Shown here piece after piece: positions 11,732 to 21,566 of a stretch of 64,000 bases of DNA; the first letter of the stretch is position 1; each line of letters opens with the position of its first letter. Source of the stretch: Lacticaseibacillus nasuensis JCM 17158 (GTDB lineage Bacteria; Bacillota; Bacilli; Lactobacillales; Lactobacillaceae); contig NZ_AZDJ01000013.1 in NCBI RefSeq assembly GCF_001434705.1, positions 140,542 through 204,541 of the forward strand, given 5' to 3'. The notes beneath the pieces are model-generated. The model made no database searches. It saw nothing but the letters and a program-made list of their open reading frames with translations, and was not told the DNA's origin. The translations under genes were made by a program, and so were the position numbers.

Positions 11732-11992
11732 TTAATGCCGAAGCAGCTGACGAAACCGATACCACGTGAGGCCAAGCAAGGCGCCGAACAATCCCGCCAG
11801 CAGCACGCCGATGATCACCAAGCCGCGGTCGTGAGCGGTCACGCCGGCCCAAATGAGCCAGACCCCACCGGCGCAGGCACCGCCATCGACGATGCTGCTC
11901 ACCAGCAGTCGCCACCACGCCCGCCGGCGGTGTGCCGGGTTGAAGTGGGGCGAAAACAACCCTTCGATGAGCGGTTCTAGCAGGCAGCCCAA
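11732..11992 (-). CDS. small hydrophobic (2-TM) protein, 86 aa, unknown function
   Basis: TTG start; Gly/Leu-rich TM segments (GLVIIGVLLAGLFGALLGLTWY). Ends next to the sigA terminator. A strong RBS plus ATG-AGT-GAC-TGA mini-ORF immediately precedes the TTG start. Confidence 0.45.
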   Translation of the reverse strand: MGCLLEPLIEGLFSPHFNPAHRRRAWWRLLVSSIVDGGACAGGVWLIWAGVTAHDRGLVIIGVLLAGLFGALLGLTWYRFRQLLRH

Positions 11993-12127
11993 TCAGTCAC
12001 TCATGGCTCGCTCCTTTCAGTTTGCCCTCAGTCTATCATGGCGGGCGCCCACTCACCACCACCAAATCAGCCGGCAGCAAGTGCGCAGATTTTTGGCCCA
12101 GCCGGCTGCCTGTGGTAAGGTAACAGT

Positions 12128-13021
12128 ATGAAAGCCATCGCCGATTTTATTCAATATTTAGCCGTCGAGCGGCATTACTCGCCGGCCACCCAAAAGGCGT
12201 ATGAGGCCGATCTCACCGAGTTTGCGACCTTTTTGCAAACCAATGGCGGCTTCACCGATTTCGCCCACGTCGACGCCCTCGACGTGCAAACCTACCTGAG
12301 CGACCTGGCCGCCCGCGACTTAAGCCGCGCCAGCGTCGCCCGCAAGCTTAGTAGCCTACGCAGTTTCTACCGGTATTTAGTGCGGCTTGGCCGCGCCACG
12401 ACCAATCCCTTCGAGCTGATCGAAACCCGCAAGAGTCACCACCACCTGCCGGAGTTTTTCTATGAAGAGGAGATTCAAGAATTATTTGCCGCCATTAAGG
12501 GCGACGCGCCGCTGGCCCAACGCGACCGGGCGCTGCTGGAGGTGTTGTACGGCACGGGCATGCGCGTCGCCGAGTGCGCCGGGTTGACGCTGCACCAAAT
12601 CGATTTTGACCTCGAGGTGATGCTGGTGCACGGGAAGGGCAATAAGGACCGCTACGTGCCGTTTGGCCGCTACGCCAAGCAGGCGCTCACCACTTACCTG
12701 AACGACGGCCGGGTGACGCTGATGGCGCACCACGCCGCGCATCAAGTCGTCTTCGTTAACGCGCACGGCGCGCCGATCACCCCGCGCGGCATCGAGTACG
12801 CCTTGGCTCAGGTGATCAAGCGCACGAGCCTCACCACGAAGATTCATCCCCACATGCTTCGCCACAGCTTCGCCACGCACATGCTGAACCACGGCGCCGA
12901 CCTGCGCACCGTGCAGGAATTGCTCGGGCACAGCAGCTTGTCGACCACGCAAATTTATACCCACATGACCACCGCCAAGCTCAAGGACGACTACCTCAAG
13001 TTTTTCCCGCCGCATAATTAG
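12128..13021 (+). CDS. xerC: tyrosine recombinase XerC
   Basis: Phage-integrase fold with R..HxxR..Y catalytic residues (HMLRHSFATHML...LGHSSLSTTQIYTH); xerC-hslV-hslU synteny. Confidence 0.9.
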   Translation: MKAIADFIQYLAVERHYSPATQKAYEADLTEFATFLQTNGGFTDFAHVDALDVQTYLSDLAARDLSRASVARKLSSLRSFYRYLVRLGRATTNPFELIETRKSHHHLPEFFYEEEIQELFAAIKGDAPLAQRDRALLEVLYGTGMRVAECAGLTLHQIDFDLEVMLVHGKGNKDRYVPFGRYAKQALTTYLNDGRVTLMAHHAAHQVVFVNAHGAPITPRGIEYALAQVIKRTSLTTKIHPHMLRHSFATHMLNHGADLRTVQELLGHSSLSTTQIYTHMTTAKLKDDYLKFFPPHN

Positions 13022-13110
13022 GGCGGAAGGCTGATGAGTCACCACTGCCAGAACGCTAAACTGGCCATATTAGCAATCGAGCCTTACTAGTGCTAAAAAG
13101 GAGAAAACAC

Positions 13111-13632
13111 ATGACAACCATTGTAGCAGTTCGAAAAAATGACCACACCGCCATCGCCGGCGACGGCCAAGTCACCCTCGGCGAGAAAGTGATCATGAAG
13201 GGTAACGCCGAAAAGGTCCGCAAGATCTATGGCGGCAAGGTCGTCATCGGCTTTGCCGGCGGCGTGGCCGACGCGTTCACCTTGCAGGATTGGTTTGAAA
13301 AAAAGCTGGAGGCCCATGCCGGCAACCTACGCCGCGCCGCGGTAGCCTTAGCGCAGGACTGGCGCAAGGACCCGACCTTACAAAAACTCGAGGCGATGAT
13401 GATCGTGATGGACGCCAAGGATTTGTTGTTGGTGTCCGGCAACGGCGAGGTGATTGCCCCGGATGAAGACGTGGTCGCCATCGGCAGCGGCGGCAACTTT
13501 GCCCAAGCAGCGGCGATGGGCATGCTGCGCCATACCGACATGCCGGCACCGGACGTGGCTAAAGAAGCCATCGACATCGCCGCGTCAATCGACATTTTCA
13601 CCAACCACAACATTATTGTCGAGTCATTCTAG
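13111..13632 (+). CDS. hslV: ATP-dependent protease subunit HslV
   Basis: RBS aaaaaggag; MTTIVAVRKNDHTAIAGDGQVTLG (N-terminal Thr nucleophile after Met removal). Confidence 0.9.
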   Translation: MTTIVAVRKNDHTAIAGDGQVTLGEKVIMKGNAEKVRKIYGGKVVIGFAGGVADAFTLQDWFEKKLEAHAGNLRRAAVALAQDWRKDPTLQKLEAMMIVMDAKDLLLVSGNGEVIAPDEDVVAIGSGGNFAQAAAMGMLRHTDMPAPDVAKEAIDIAASIDIFTNHNIIVESF

Positions 13633-13641
13633 GAGGCCACC

Positions 13642-15045
13642 ATGGTTCAAACGCCCAAAGAAATCGTTGCCCAGCTGGATCAATACGTCATCGGCCAAAC
13701 CGACGCCAAGCGCGCCGTAGCCGTGGCGCTGTATAACCGCTGGCGCCGCTTGCAGCTGTCGCCAAAAATGCAACAAGACATCACCCCGAAGAATCTGTTG
13801 ATGATCGGGCCCACTGGGGTCGGCAAAACCGAGATTGCCCGGCGCCTGGCCAAAATCGTCAAGGCCCCGTTCGTCAAGGTCGAAGCCACCAAGTTCACCG
13901 AAGTCGGCTACGTCGGCCGTGACGTCGAGTCGATGGTGCGCGACCTCGCCGAAGTCGCCGTTAGCATGGCCGAAGCCGACGCGTTCGCCAAGGTGCGCAC
14001 CCGCGCCACCCGCGAGGCCAATAAGCGCCTCGTCAAGCTCTTGGTGCCGGCCATCAAAAAGGAAAAACGCGCCAGCAATAACCCGATGGGCGACATGATG
14101 AAGCTGTTCCAAAACATGCAAAATGGTGAGGCGCCGCAGCCGGACCAAGACGAAGGCGAAATCACCGAGTCGATCAAGTCTGAACGCCTCAGCGTCGCCG
14201 ACCAACTCGAAGCCGGCTTGCTGGAGGACCGCGAGCTCACCGTGGCCGTCGCCGACGAGAAAAAACCCGGCGGCCTGGGGGACATGTATGGGCAAATGGG
14301 CATCGATTTGTCCGACACGCTGGGCAACTTGATGCCCAAGCAAAAGGTGCAACGCACGATGACCGTGCGCGAGGCCCGCGAGATTTTTATTCGCGAGGAA
14401 AGCGACAAGCTGGTCAACCATGCCGACATTTATCACGAGGCGATTGCTGCCGCCGAGAATAACGGGATTATTTTCATCGACGAAATCGACAAAATCGCCG
14501 CCGGCAACAAGAATACCTCCGGGGAAGTCTCCCGCGAAGGCGTCCAACGCGACATCTTGCCGATTGTCGAAGGCGCGCAGGTGTCGACCAAGTACGGGCC
14601 GTTAAACACCGACCACGTGCTGTTCATCGGCTCCGGGGCCTTTGCCACCGCCAAGCCCAGCGACTTGATCCCCGAGCTGCAAGGGCGCTTCCCGATTCGC
14701 GTCGAGCTTAACGACCTCACCGAAGCCGACTTCGTGCGCATTCTCACCGAGCCGGACAACGCGTTGGTCAAGCAATACATCGCCTTGATCGGCGCCGATG
14801 GGGTGCACGTCACCTTCACCAAGGAAGCCATCGAGCAAATCGCCAAGATCGCCACGCGGGTCAACCGTGACACCGACAACATCGGGGCCCGCCGCCTGGC
14901 CACAATTTTGGAGAAGCTCTTGGAAGACGTCTTGTACGAAGGGCCAGACATGCAAATGGGCGACATCACAGTCACCGCCAAGTACGTTGACGACAAGATC
15001 GGCCACATCGCCGCCGACGCGGACCAAACGCGTTACATTCTATAG
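13642..15045 (+). CDS. hslU: ATP-dependent protease ATPase subunit HslU
   Basis: RBS aggagg; Walker A GPTGVGKTEIARRLAK; I-domain insertion; 467 aa. Confidence 0.95.
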   Translation: MVQTPKEIVAQLDQYVIGQTDAKRAVAVALYNRWRRLQLSPKMQQDITPKNLLMIGPTGVGKTEIARRLAKIVKAPFVKVEATKFTEVGYVGRDVESMVRDLAEVAVSMAEADAFAKVRTRATREANKRLVKLLVPAIKKEKRASNNPMGDMMKLFQNMQNGEAPQPDQDEGEITESIKSERLSVADQLEAGLLEDRELTVAVADEKKPGGLGDMYGQMGIDLSDTLGNLMPKQKVQRTMTVREAREIFIREESDKLVNHADIYHEAIAAAENNGIIFIDEIDKIAAGNKNTSGEVSREGVQRDILPIVEGAQVSTKYGPLNTDHVLFIGSGAFATAKPSDLIPELQGRFPIRVELNDLTEADFVRILTEPDNALVKQYIALIGADGVHVTFTKEAIEQIAKIATRVNRDTDNIGARRLATILEKLLEDVLYEGPDMQMGDITVTAKYVDDKIGHIAADADQTRYIL

Positions 15046-15061
15046 GCAAGGAAGGGATACT

Positions 15062-15934
15062 ATGGTCACCTTAACCAACGATTTTCTCACCGTCACCATC
15101 GCCACGCACGGCGCCGAGCTGACGAGCATCAAGGACAATCACACCCACCTCGAATATTTGTGGCAAGCTGACCCCGCCAGCTGGGGCCGCCACGCACCGG
15201 TGCTGTTTCCGATTGTCGGCAGCCTCAAAGACGACACCTACCGCTATCAGGGGCAAAGTTACCACCTGACGCAGCACGGCTTTGCCCGTGACAGCGAGTT
15301 TACCGTCAGCGCGCAAAGCGCCGACTCGGCGACCTTCACGCTGACGGATTCGCCGGCCACGCGCGCCAAGTATCCCTTCGCCTTTACCTTGCAGTTGATT
15401 TACGCGCTGGACAACAATTCCCTGCGCGTCACCTATCGCGTTGACAACCCGGCGCAGTCGCCGATGTATTTTGGCATCGGCGGGCACCCGGCGTTTCGCG
15501 TGCCGCTGGCGCCCGACACCGCGTATGACGACTACTACCTCGAGTTCGACCCGCGCAAGTCGCGCGTGATTATTCCGCTGCGCGACGGCCGCATCGATTA
15601 CGACCAGCGCACGCTGGCCGGCACCGACGTCAACCAACAGATTTCGCACGCTGGCTTCGCCCAAGACGCGCAGATCTACGAGCTTAACGGCCGCAGCAGC
15701 CTCAGCATTAAAAGCGACCGCACGCCGCATGGGGTGACGGTGACCACCGCCGACGCGCCGTTCATCGGCGTGTGGAGTCAATACCCGAATCTCGGCGACT
15801 TCGTCTGTCTCGAGCCGTGGTGGGGGATTGCCGACACGGTGGACGCCACCGGCGAGCTCACCGAAAAGTTTGGCATCAATACCTTAGCCGGCGGCGCCAC
15901 TTTCGAGCACGGCTTTGGCATCACGATTTTCTAA
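15062..15934 (+). CDS. aldose 1-epimerase family protein (galactose mutarotase-like)
   Basis: RBS aaggaaggg; MVTLTNDFLTVTIATHGAELTSIKD...LFPIVG...; mutarotase-like beta-sandwich signature. Track ORF 14798 is an in-frame upstream extension overlapping hslU. Confidence 0.8.
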   Translation: MVTLTNDFLTVTIATHGAELTSIKDNHTHLEYLWQADPASWGRHAPVLFPIVGSLKDDTYRYQGQSYHLTQHGFARDSEFTVSAQSADSATFTLTDSPATRAKYPFAFTLQLIYALDNNSLRVTYRVDNPAQSPMYFGIGGHPAFRVPLAPDTAYDDYYLEFDPRKSRVIIPLRDGRIDYDQRTLAGTDVNQQISHAGFAQDAQIYELNGRSSLSIKSDRTPHGVTVTTADAPFIGVWSQYPNLGDFVCLEPWWGIADTVDATGELTEKFGINTLAGGATFEHGFGITIF

Positions 15935-15940
15935 CTCGCA

Positions 15941-15966
15941 ACGCCTGGTGACCCAGGCGTTTTTGC
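15941..15966 (+). terminator. rho-independent terminator after epimerase gene
   Basis: ACGCCTGG-tgac-CCAGGCGT + TTTT. Confidence 0.7.
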
Positions 15967-16008
15967 GTGGGGCAAAACGTGGCCGGGCTGCCAGTCACGT
16001 GACGAGCC

Positions 16009-16033
16009 AAAAAAACTCACCACGCAGGTGAGT
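16009..16033 (-). terminator. rho-independent terminator of plsY (minus strand)
   Basis: Minus strand reads ACTCACC-tgcgt-GGTGAGT followed by TTTTTTT. Confidence 0.7.
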
Positions 16034-16650
16034 TAGTGTTGCCGCCGTTTTCTCAGGTATTGCCCGAGGCCAAACGGCACCATGTTTTCCTTGCCGGCGC
16101 GAATGCGGGCGAGGTTGTCCTTGTGGCGCCAGAGGAACACGACCCACAAGCCGGCCGCCACGCAGGTCAATAACCAATCGTGGTAGGCGAAGCTCCAAAT
16201 CACGATGATGGTCATGCCTAAGGTGCTGGCGACGCTGACCATCGAGGTGAGGCACACCAGCGAGAAGAAAACCGCGCTGGCAATCAGGAAAAACGGCCAG
16301 TTATACGCTAGCAAGATGCCGGCACTGGTGGCGACGGCCTTGCCGCCTTTGAAGCCGATAAAAATCGAAAAGGTGTGCCCGGCCACGGCGGCCAAGCCGA
16401 CGATGAGAATCAGCCAATGCTGAGGAAACCCGAACAGCACAGGGAGGCTGGCGCCCAGCGTGCCCTTTAAGATGTCCATGACCAAGACGACGGTGCCGCC
16501 CACCGGTCCGAGGACGCGGTAGGCGTTGGTGGTGCCGATGTTGTGGCTACCGGCGGTGCGAATATCTTTGTGGTAGCACCACTGTCCGATCCACACGCCG
16601 CTGGGAATTGAGCCCAGCAGGTAGGCCAGAACGAAACAAACGATGAGCAT
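16033..16650 (-). CDS. plsY: glycerol-3-phosphate acyltransferase PlsY
   Basis: RBS gaagggag; MLIVCFVLAYLLGSIPSGVWIG...SHNIGTTNAYRVLG; conserved PlsY motifs. Confidence 0.85.
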   Translation of the reverse strand: MLIVCFVLAYLLGSIPSGVWIGQWCYHKDIRTAGSHNIGTTNAYRVLGPVGGTVVLVMDILKGTLGASLPVLFGFPQHWLILIVGLAAVAGHTFSIFIGFKGGKAVATSAGILLAYNWPFFLIASAVFFSLVCLTSMVSVASTLGMTIIVIWSFAYHDWLLTCVAAGLWVVFLWRHKDNLARIRAGKENMVPFGLGQYLRKRRQH

Positions 16651-16841
16651 CTTGCCACTCCCTTCAGTGCCTTTCATTCTAGCATTTTTGCCGCGGCATT
16701 TGAACTGGAGTAGAATAGAACGAACGCGGATGCGGCGGGAATTGCGAAATTTTCTTTCCGTAGGCGCGAATCCTGGTGTACGCTAGGATATAGCGTTTTT
16801 GATTAACGGGTGGGCAGACCCACCACTTGAGGAGAATGAGG

Positions 16842-18845
16842 ATGCCAAAGCAAACTTACACAGATTCATCGATTCAGGTCTTAGAGGGCCTGGAGGCGGT
16901 GCGCAAACGCCCGGGGATGTACATCGGGTCGACCGATGCCCGCGGGTTGCACCACCTGGTGTACGAAATCGTCGACAACGCCGTCGACGAAGCCTTGGCG
17001 GGTTACGGCGATGCGATCAACGTGACGATTCACGCTGACAATTCGGTGACCGTCGTCGACCATGGCCGCGGCATGCCGACGGGGATGCACGCGTCGGGCA
17101 AGCCGACCATCGAGGTCATTTTGACCGTGCTGCACGCCGGCGGCAAGTTCAACCAAAATAGTTATAAAACCTCCGGCGGCCTGCATGGCGTCGGCAGCTC
17201 GGTGGTCAACGCCTTGTCCGAAAGCCTGACCGTGCGCGTGGTGCGCGACAAGCAGGCGTTTACCGAGACCTTCATCAACGGCGGCCACCCGCAAGGCCTG
17301 CAGAAACTCGGCAAGGTCAACGAGCATAACGGCACCACGGTGACCTTCAAGCCGGATCCAACGATTTTTACCACCACGGTGTTTGACTTCGATACCTTGG
17401 CCGAGCGCCTCCGCGAATCGGCCTTCCTGCTGAAAAACATCGCCATCACCTTAAGCGACGAGCGTGACGGGCGCAGCGAAACCTACCATTATCCAGACGG
17501 CTTGGTGAGCTTCGTCAATTACCTCAACGAAGACAAGGACACGGTCAGCCCCGTGTTCAACTTTGAAGGCGAGCGCGACGGCATCATCGTGGATTTTGCC
17601 GGCCAATACAACGACGGCTACTCGGAAAACACGATTAGTTTCGTCAACAATGTGCGCACCGGCGACGGCGGCACGCATGAAGTGGGGATGCGCAGCGGCA
17701 TGACCCGCGCGTTCAACGAGTTTGCCCGGAAAGTCGGCCTGCTCAAAGACAAGGATAAAAACCTCGAAGGCTCCGACGTGCGCGAAGGACTAGCTGCGGT
17801 GTTGTCCGTGCGAATCCCAGAAGAGTTGCTGCAGTTTGAAGGCCAAACCAAGGGCAAACTCGGCACTCCGCAGGCCCGCGCGGTGGTCGACAACGTTTTG
17901 TACGAAAAGCTGAGCTTCTGGCTGATGGAAGGCGGCGACGCGGCCCAAGAGCTCGTGCGCAAGGCCTTAAAGGCGCGCGAGGCCCGCGAGGCGGCGCGCA
18001 AGGCCCGCGATGAATCCCGCACCGGCAAGCGCAAGAAGAAAACCGACAGCCTGCTGTCCGGCAAGCTGACCCCGGCGCAAAGTAAGAACCCGAAGAAAAA
18101 CGAATTGTACCTCGTCGAAGGCGATTCCGCCGGCGGCAGTGCCAAGCAAGGGCGCGACCGGAAGTTTCAGGCGATTTTGCCTTTGCGGGGGAAGGTCTTG
18201 AACACGCAAAAGGCCAAACTCGCCGACATTACCAAAAACGCCGAGATCAACACGATGATTTACACCATCGGCGCTGGCGCCGGCGCGGATTTTGACGTCA
18301 AGGCCGCCAATTACGACAAGGTCATCATCATGACCGATGCCGATACCGACGGCGCCCACATTCAGATTCTGCTGTTGACCTTTTTCTACCGGTACATGCG
18401 CCCCTTGATGGACGCCGGCAAGGTGTATATCGCCTTGCCGCCGTTGTACCGCCTACAAAAAGGCAAAGGCGCCAACATCAAGATTGCTTACGCCTGGACC
18501 GATGAGGAGCTCGAAGCCGAAACCAAGAAAATGGGCAAGGGCTACACCTTGACCCGCTTCAAGGGGTTAGGCGAAATGAACGCCGATCAGCTATGGGAAA
18601 CCACGATGAACCCCGAGACGCGCACCTTGATTCGCGTCCGCGTCGAAGACGGCGCATTGGCCGAGCGGCGCGTCACCACCTTGATGGGCGACCGCGTCGA
18701 ACCTCGCCGCGAGTGGATCGAGAAAAACGTGCAGTTTGACCTCGACGACGACGGCAGCATCTTGGAAACCAAGACGGTGGATCACGCCGACATGCAATTC
18801 GGCACGCAACAAATCAAACAACAACTGCGAAAGGGGAAAAAGTAA
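16842..18845 (+). CDS. parE: DNA topoisomerase IV subunit B
   Basis: GHKL ATPase (EGLEAVRKRPGMYIGST), TOPRIM (EGDSAGGSAKQGRD), followed directly by parC. plsY-parE-parC synteny is typical of lactobacilli. Confidence 0.9.
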   Translation: MPKQTYTDSSIQVLEGLEAVRKRPGMYIGSTDARGLHHLVYEIVDNAVDEALAGYGDAINVTIHADNSVTVVDHGRGMPTGMHASGKPTIEVILTVLHAGGKFNQNSYKTSGGLHGVGSSVVNALSESLTVRVVRDKQAFTETFINGGHPQGLQKLGKVNEHNGTTVTFKPDPTIFTTTVFDFDTLAERLRESAFLLKNIAITLSDERDGRSETYHYPDGLVSFVNYLNEDKDTVSPVFNFEGERDGIIVDFAGQYNDGYSENTISFVNNVRTGDGGTHEVGMRSGMTRAFNEFARKVGLLKDKDKNLEGSDVREGLAAVLSVRIPEELLQFEGQTKGKLGTPQARAVVDNVLYEKLSFWLMEGGDAAQELVRKALKAREAREAARKARDESRTGKRKKKTDSLLSGKLTPAQSKNPKKNELYLVEGDSAGGSAKQGRDRKFQAILPLRGKVLNTQKAKLADITKNAEINTMIYTIGAGAGADFDVKAANYDKVIIMTDADTDGAHIQILLLTFFYRYMRPLMDAGKVYIALPPLYRLQKGKGANIKIAYAWTDEELEAETKKMGKGYTLTRFKGLGEMNADQLWETTMNPETRTLIRVRVEDGALAERRVTTLMGDRVEPRREWIEKNVQFDLDDDGSILETKTVDHADMQFGTQQIKQQLRKGKK

Positions 18846-21278
18846 ATGGCCAATCAAATCCAAGAACTCACCCTTGAGCAGGTGATGGGCGAGCGGTTCG
18901 GCCGCTATTCCAAGTACATCATTCAAGAACGCGCCTTGCCGGATGTCCGCGACGGCTTGAAGCCCGTGCAGCGCCGCATCTTGTTTGCCATGAACCAAGA
19001 CGGTAACACATACGACCACGGCTTTCGCAAATCCGCCAAATCCGTCGGCAACGTCATGGGCAATTACCACCCCCACGGCGACTCGTCGATTTACGAGGCG
19101 ATGGTGCGCCTGAGCCAGGATTGGAAGCTGCGCGAGCCGTTGATCGAGATGCACGGCAACAACGGCTCGATGGACGGCGACCCGCCAGCGGCGATGCGCT
19201 ACACCGAAGCCCGCCTGTCAAAAATCGCCGGCGAAATGCTTAAAGACATCGATGCCGACACCGTCGACATGGTGTTGAACTTCGACGATACCGCCCAGGA
19301 GCCCACGGTGCTTCCCGCGGCGTTTCCCAATCTGCTGGTGAACGGCGCCACCGGGATTTCTGCCGGCTACGCCACCGAGATTCCGCCGCATAACCTGCGG
19401 GAAGTCATCAACGCGATTTTGTACTTGATGCAACACCCCGATGCCGGCCGCGAGCAGCTGATGAAGTTTGTGCAAGGCCCCGATTTTCCCACCGGCGGCA
19501 TCATCCAAGGCGTCGCCGGCATTCGTCAGGCCTACGACACCGGCCGCGGTAAGATCGTCGTGCGCTCCCGCACCCACATCGACACGTTGCGCGGCGGCAA
19601 GCAGCAAATCGTCGTCACCGAGCTGCCTTACGAAGTCAACAAGGCCGAGCTGGTGAAGAAAATCGATGAGCTGCGCGTCACCAAAAAAGTTGACGGCATC
19701 GCCGAGGTGCGCGACGAATCCGACCGCTTCGGGTTGAGCGTAGTCATCGAGTTGAAGAAAGAGGCCAACGCGGAAGGCATCTTGACCTATTTGTTCAAGA
19801 ACACCGACCTGCAAATCGCTTATAACTTCAACATGGTCGCCATCGCCGACTTGAAGCCGCGGCAACTCGGGTTGAAGCCGATGCTGGAAGCCTACCTCGC
19901 GCACCGGCGCGAGGTGGTCACCCGGCGGACGCAATTCGACCTGGCCAAGGCGCAGGCGCGCGCGCACATTGTCGAAGGCTTGATCAAGATGATCTCGATT
20001 CTCGATCAGGTCATTCACACGATTCGCCAAAGTAGCGACAAGGCCGACGCCAAGGCCAACTTGGTCAAGGCCTACGACTTTTCCGTCGCGCAAGCCGAAG
20101 CCATCGTCTCCCTGCAGCTGTATCGCTTGACCAACACGGACATTACCGCGTTGGAAGCCGAAGCCGCGGAGCTGGCCGAGCGTATCGCGGGCTACCAGGA
20201 AATTCTTACCGATCCGACCGCCCGCGATCGCGTCATCGAAAGCGAACTCGCCGACATCGCCAAGACCTATGGCAACGACCGCAAAACGAGTATCGAAGCC
20301 GAGATTCAAAGCCTCGAAGTCGATACGGCCGTCACCGTCACCGACGAGCGGGTGATGGTGCTGGTATCGCGTGACGGTTACGTCAAGCGTGCCAGCCTGC
20401 GCTCCTACCAAGCCGTCGATCCAGCCGACAACGGGCTGAAGGAAACGGACCTGCCGATATTCGTGCAGGAAATGGGGACCTTGCAGCACCTGTATATTTT
20501 CACCAATCTCGGCAACGTGATTTACCGCCAGGTGCACGAAATTGCCGATCAACGGTGGAAAGACGCCGGCGAGCACCTCAGCCAAACCGTGGGGCTCGGC
20601 GAAGCCGAACAGGTGCTGGCAGTCTTCGGCTTTGATGCCCTCGACGCCGCCGGCAATTTTGTCCTTGGCAGCAGCGACGGCTACATCAAACAAACTAGCC
20701 TCGCCGACTTGCAGCCACAGCGCACTTATCGCAGCAAGGCGATGGTGGGGATGAAGCTCAAGACCCCAGGCGCCATTGTGACCAACGTTGCCTTTGTGCC
20801 GAGTGATGATGACCGCAGCGTCTTCATGGTGACGCGCAACGGTTACGCTGCACTATTCCCGTTGAGTGAAGTGTCGGTCATCGGTGCGCGGGCCACTGGC
20901 GTGCGCAGCATGGCGTTGAAGGATGGCGACACCGTCGTCAACTTCATCATCGTTACCGACCCGGCCACCACCGAAGTTGCGATTTTGACCCAACGCGGCG
21001 CGATGAAGCGCATGGCGTTAAGCGAAGTCGGCATGATGACGCGCGCGCGGCGCGGCCTCTTGGTGCTACACGAGCTCAAGCGCAATCCGCACCGCATTGT
21101 GGCGATGACCGCCATGACGGCAACCAGCCAGTTGCTGGTGTTAACCGATTCCGGCACGCAGAAGCTGCTGGAACCCGGCAGCCTGACGCCGGTCGATCGG
21201 TACTCGAATGGGAGCTTCCTGATCGACACGGATATCGAAGGCACGCCCGTGGCGATGTACCCACAGCCAACCGAATAA
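18846..21278 (+). CDS. parC: DNA topoisomerase IV subunit A
   Basis: RFGRYSKYIIQERALPDVRDGLKPVQRRIL (ParC-type rather than GyrA); 810 aa. Confidence 0.9.
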   Translation: MANQIQELTLEQVMGERFGRYSKYIIQERALPDVRDGLKPVQRRILFAMNQDGNTYDHGFRKSAKSVGNVMGNYHPHGDSSIYEAMVRLSQDWKLREPLIEMHGNNGSMDGDPPAAMRYTEARLSKIAGEMLKDIDADTVDMVLNFDDTAQEPTVLPAAFPNLLVNGATGISAGYATEIPPHNLREVINAILYLMQHPDAGREQLMKFVQGPDFPTGGIIQGVAGIRQAYDTGRGKIVVRSRTHIDTLRGGKQQIVVTELPYEVNKAELVKKIDELRVTKKVDGIAEVRDESDRFGLSVVIELKKEANAEGILTYLFKNTDLQIAYNFNMVAIADLKPRQLGLKPMLEAYLAHRREVVTRRTQFDLAKAQARAHIVEGLIKMISILDQVIHTIRQSSDKADAKANLVKAYDFSVAQAEAIVSLQLYRLTNTDITALEAEAAELAERIAGYQEILTDPTARDRVIESELADIAKTYGNDRKTSIEAEIQSLEVDTAVTVTDERVMVLVSRDGYVKRASLRSYQAVDPADNGLKETDLPIFVQEMGTLQHLYIFTNLGNVIYRQVHEIADQRWKDAGEHLSQTVGLGEAEQVLAVFGFDALDAAGNFVLGSSDGYIKQTSLADLQPQRTYRSKAMVGMKLKTPGAIVTNVAFVPSDDDRSVFMVTRNGYAALFPLSEVSVIGARATGVRSMALKDGDTVVNFIIVTDPATTEVAILTQRGAMKRMALSEVGMMTRARRGLLVLHELKRNPHRIVAMTAMTATSQLLVLTDSGTQKLLEPGSLTPVDRYSNGSFLIDTDIEGTPVAMYPQPTE

Positions 21279-21284
21279 ACCGCA

Positions 21285-21314
21285 ACCGGACTCACTTTTG
21301 TGGGTCCGGTTTTT
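21285..21314 (+). terminator. rho-independent terminator after parC
   Basis: ACCGGAC-tcacttttgtgg-GTCCGGT + TTTTT. Confidence 0.7.
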
Positions 21315-21490
21315 GCTGTATCAATACTGAACCGGAACGACTGTAACAGTAACTGTGCATATCACTGAAAATAATCAGATAGAATTAGGCAGGAAAACAA
21401 GAAATAGGCTCGTGAAGTACCGTGCATAAGTTAAGGCTTAACGGTGAATTACAATTTTACCAAACGCCTGTAATTCGCAAAAGAAAGTGC

Positions 21491-21518
21491 TTGCATTACC
21501 CTTGTGACGTGTTACACT
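21491..21518 (+). promoter_or_regulatory. pflB promoter TTGCAT-16-TGtTACACT (extended -10)
   Basis: TTGCAT at 21491-21496; TGtTACACT at 21510-21518. Confidence 0.5.
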
Positions 21519-21547
21519 ATAACCGTAAGAACTGTGATATTCCCACA
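21502..21547 (+). promoter_or_regulatory. two TGTGA-containing imperfect inverted repeats (possible Rex/Crp-Fnr-family operator) in pflB promoter/5'UTR
   Basis: TTGTGAcgtgttACAC overlaps spacer/-10. TGTGAtattccCACA at 21533-21547 is just downstream. Spacing is 1 nt shorter than canonical TGTGA-N6-TCACA. Confidence 0.25.
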
Positions 21548-21566
21548 TCATAAGGAGGCATTCCAG

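Noticed and set aside
16680-16841. GGGTGGG-cag-ACCCACC hairpin just upstream of the parE RBS
   Set aside because: Short stem without a T-tract or known motif; possibly a 5'UTR structure but insufficient evidence to call.
21440-21480. CcpA cre site upstream of pflB (TGTAATTCGCAAAA)
   Set aside because: Poor match to WTGNAANCGNWNNCW when aligned.
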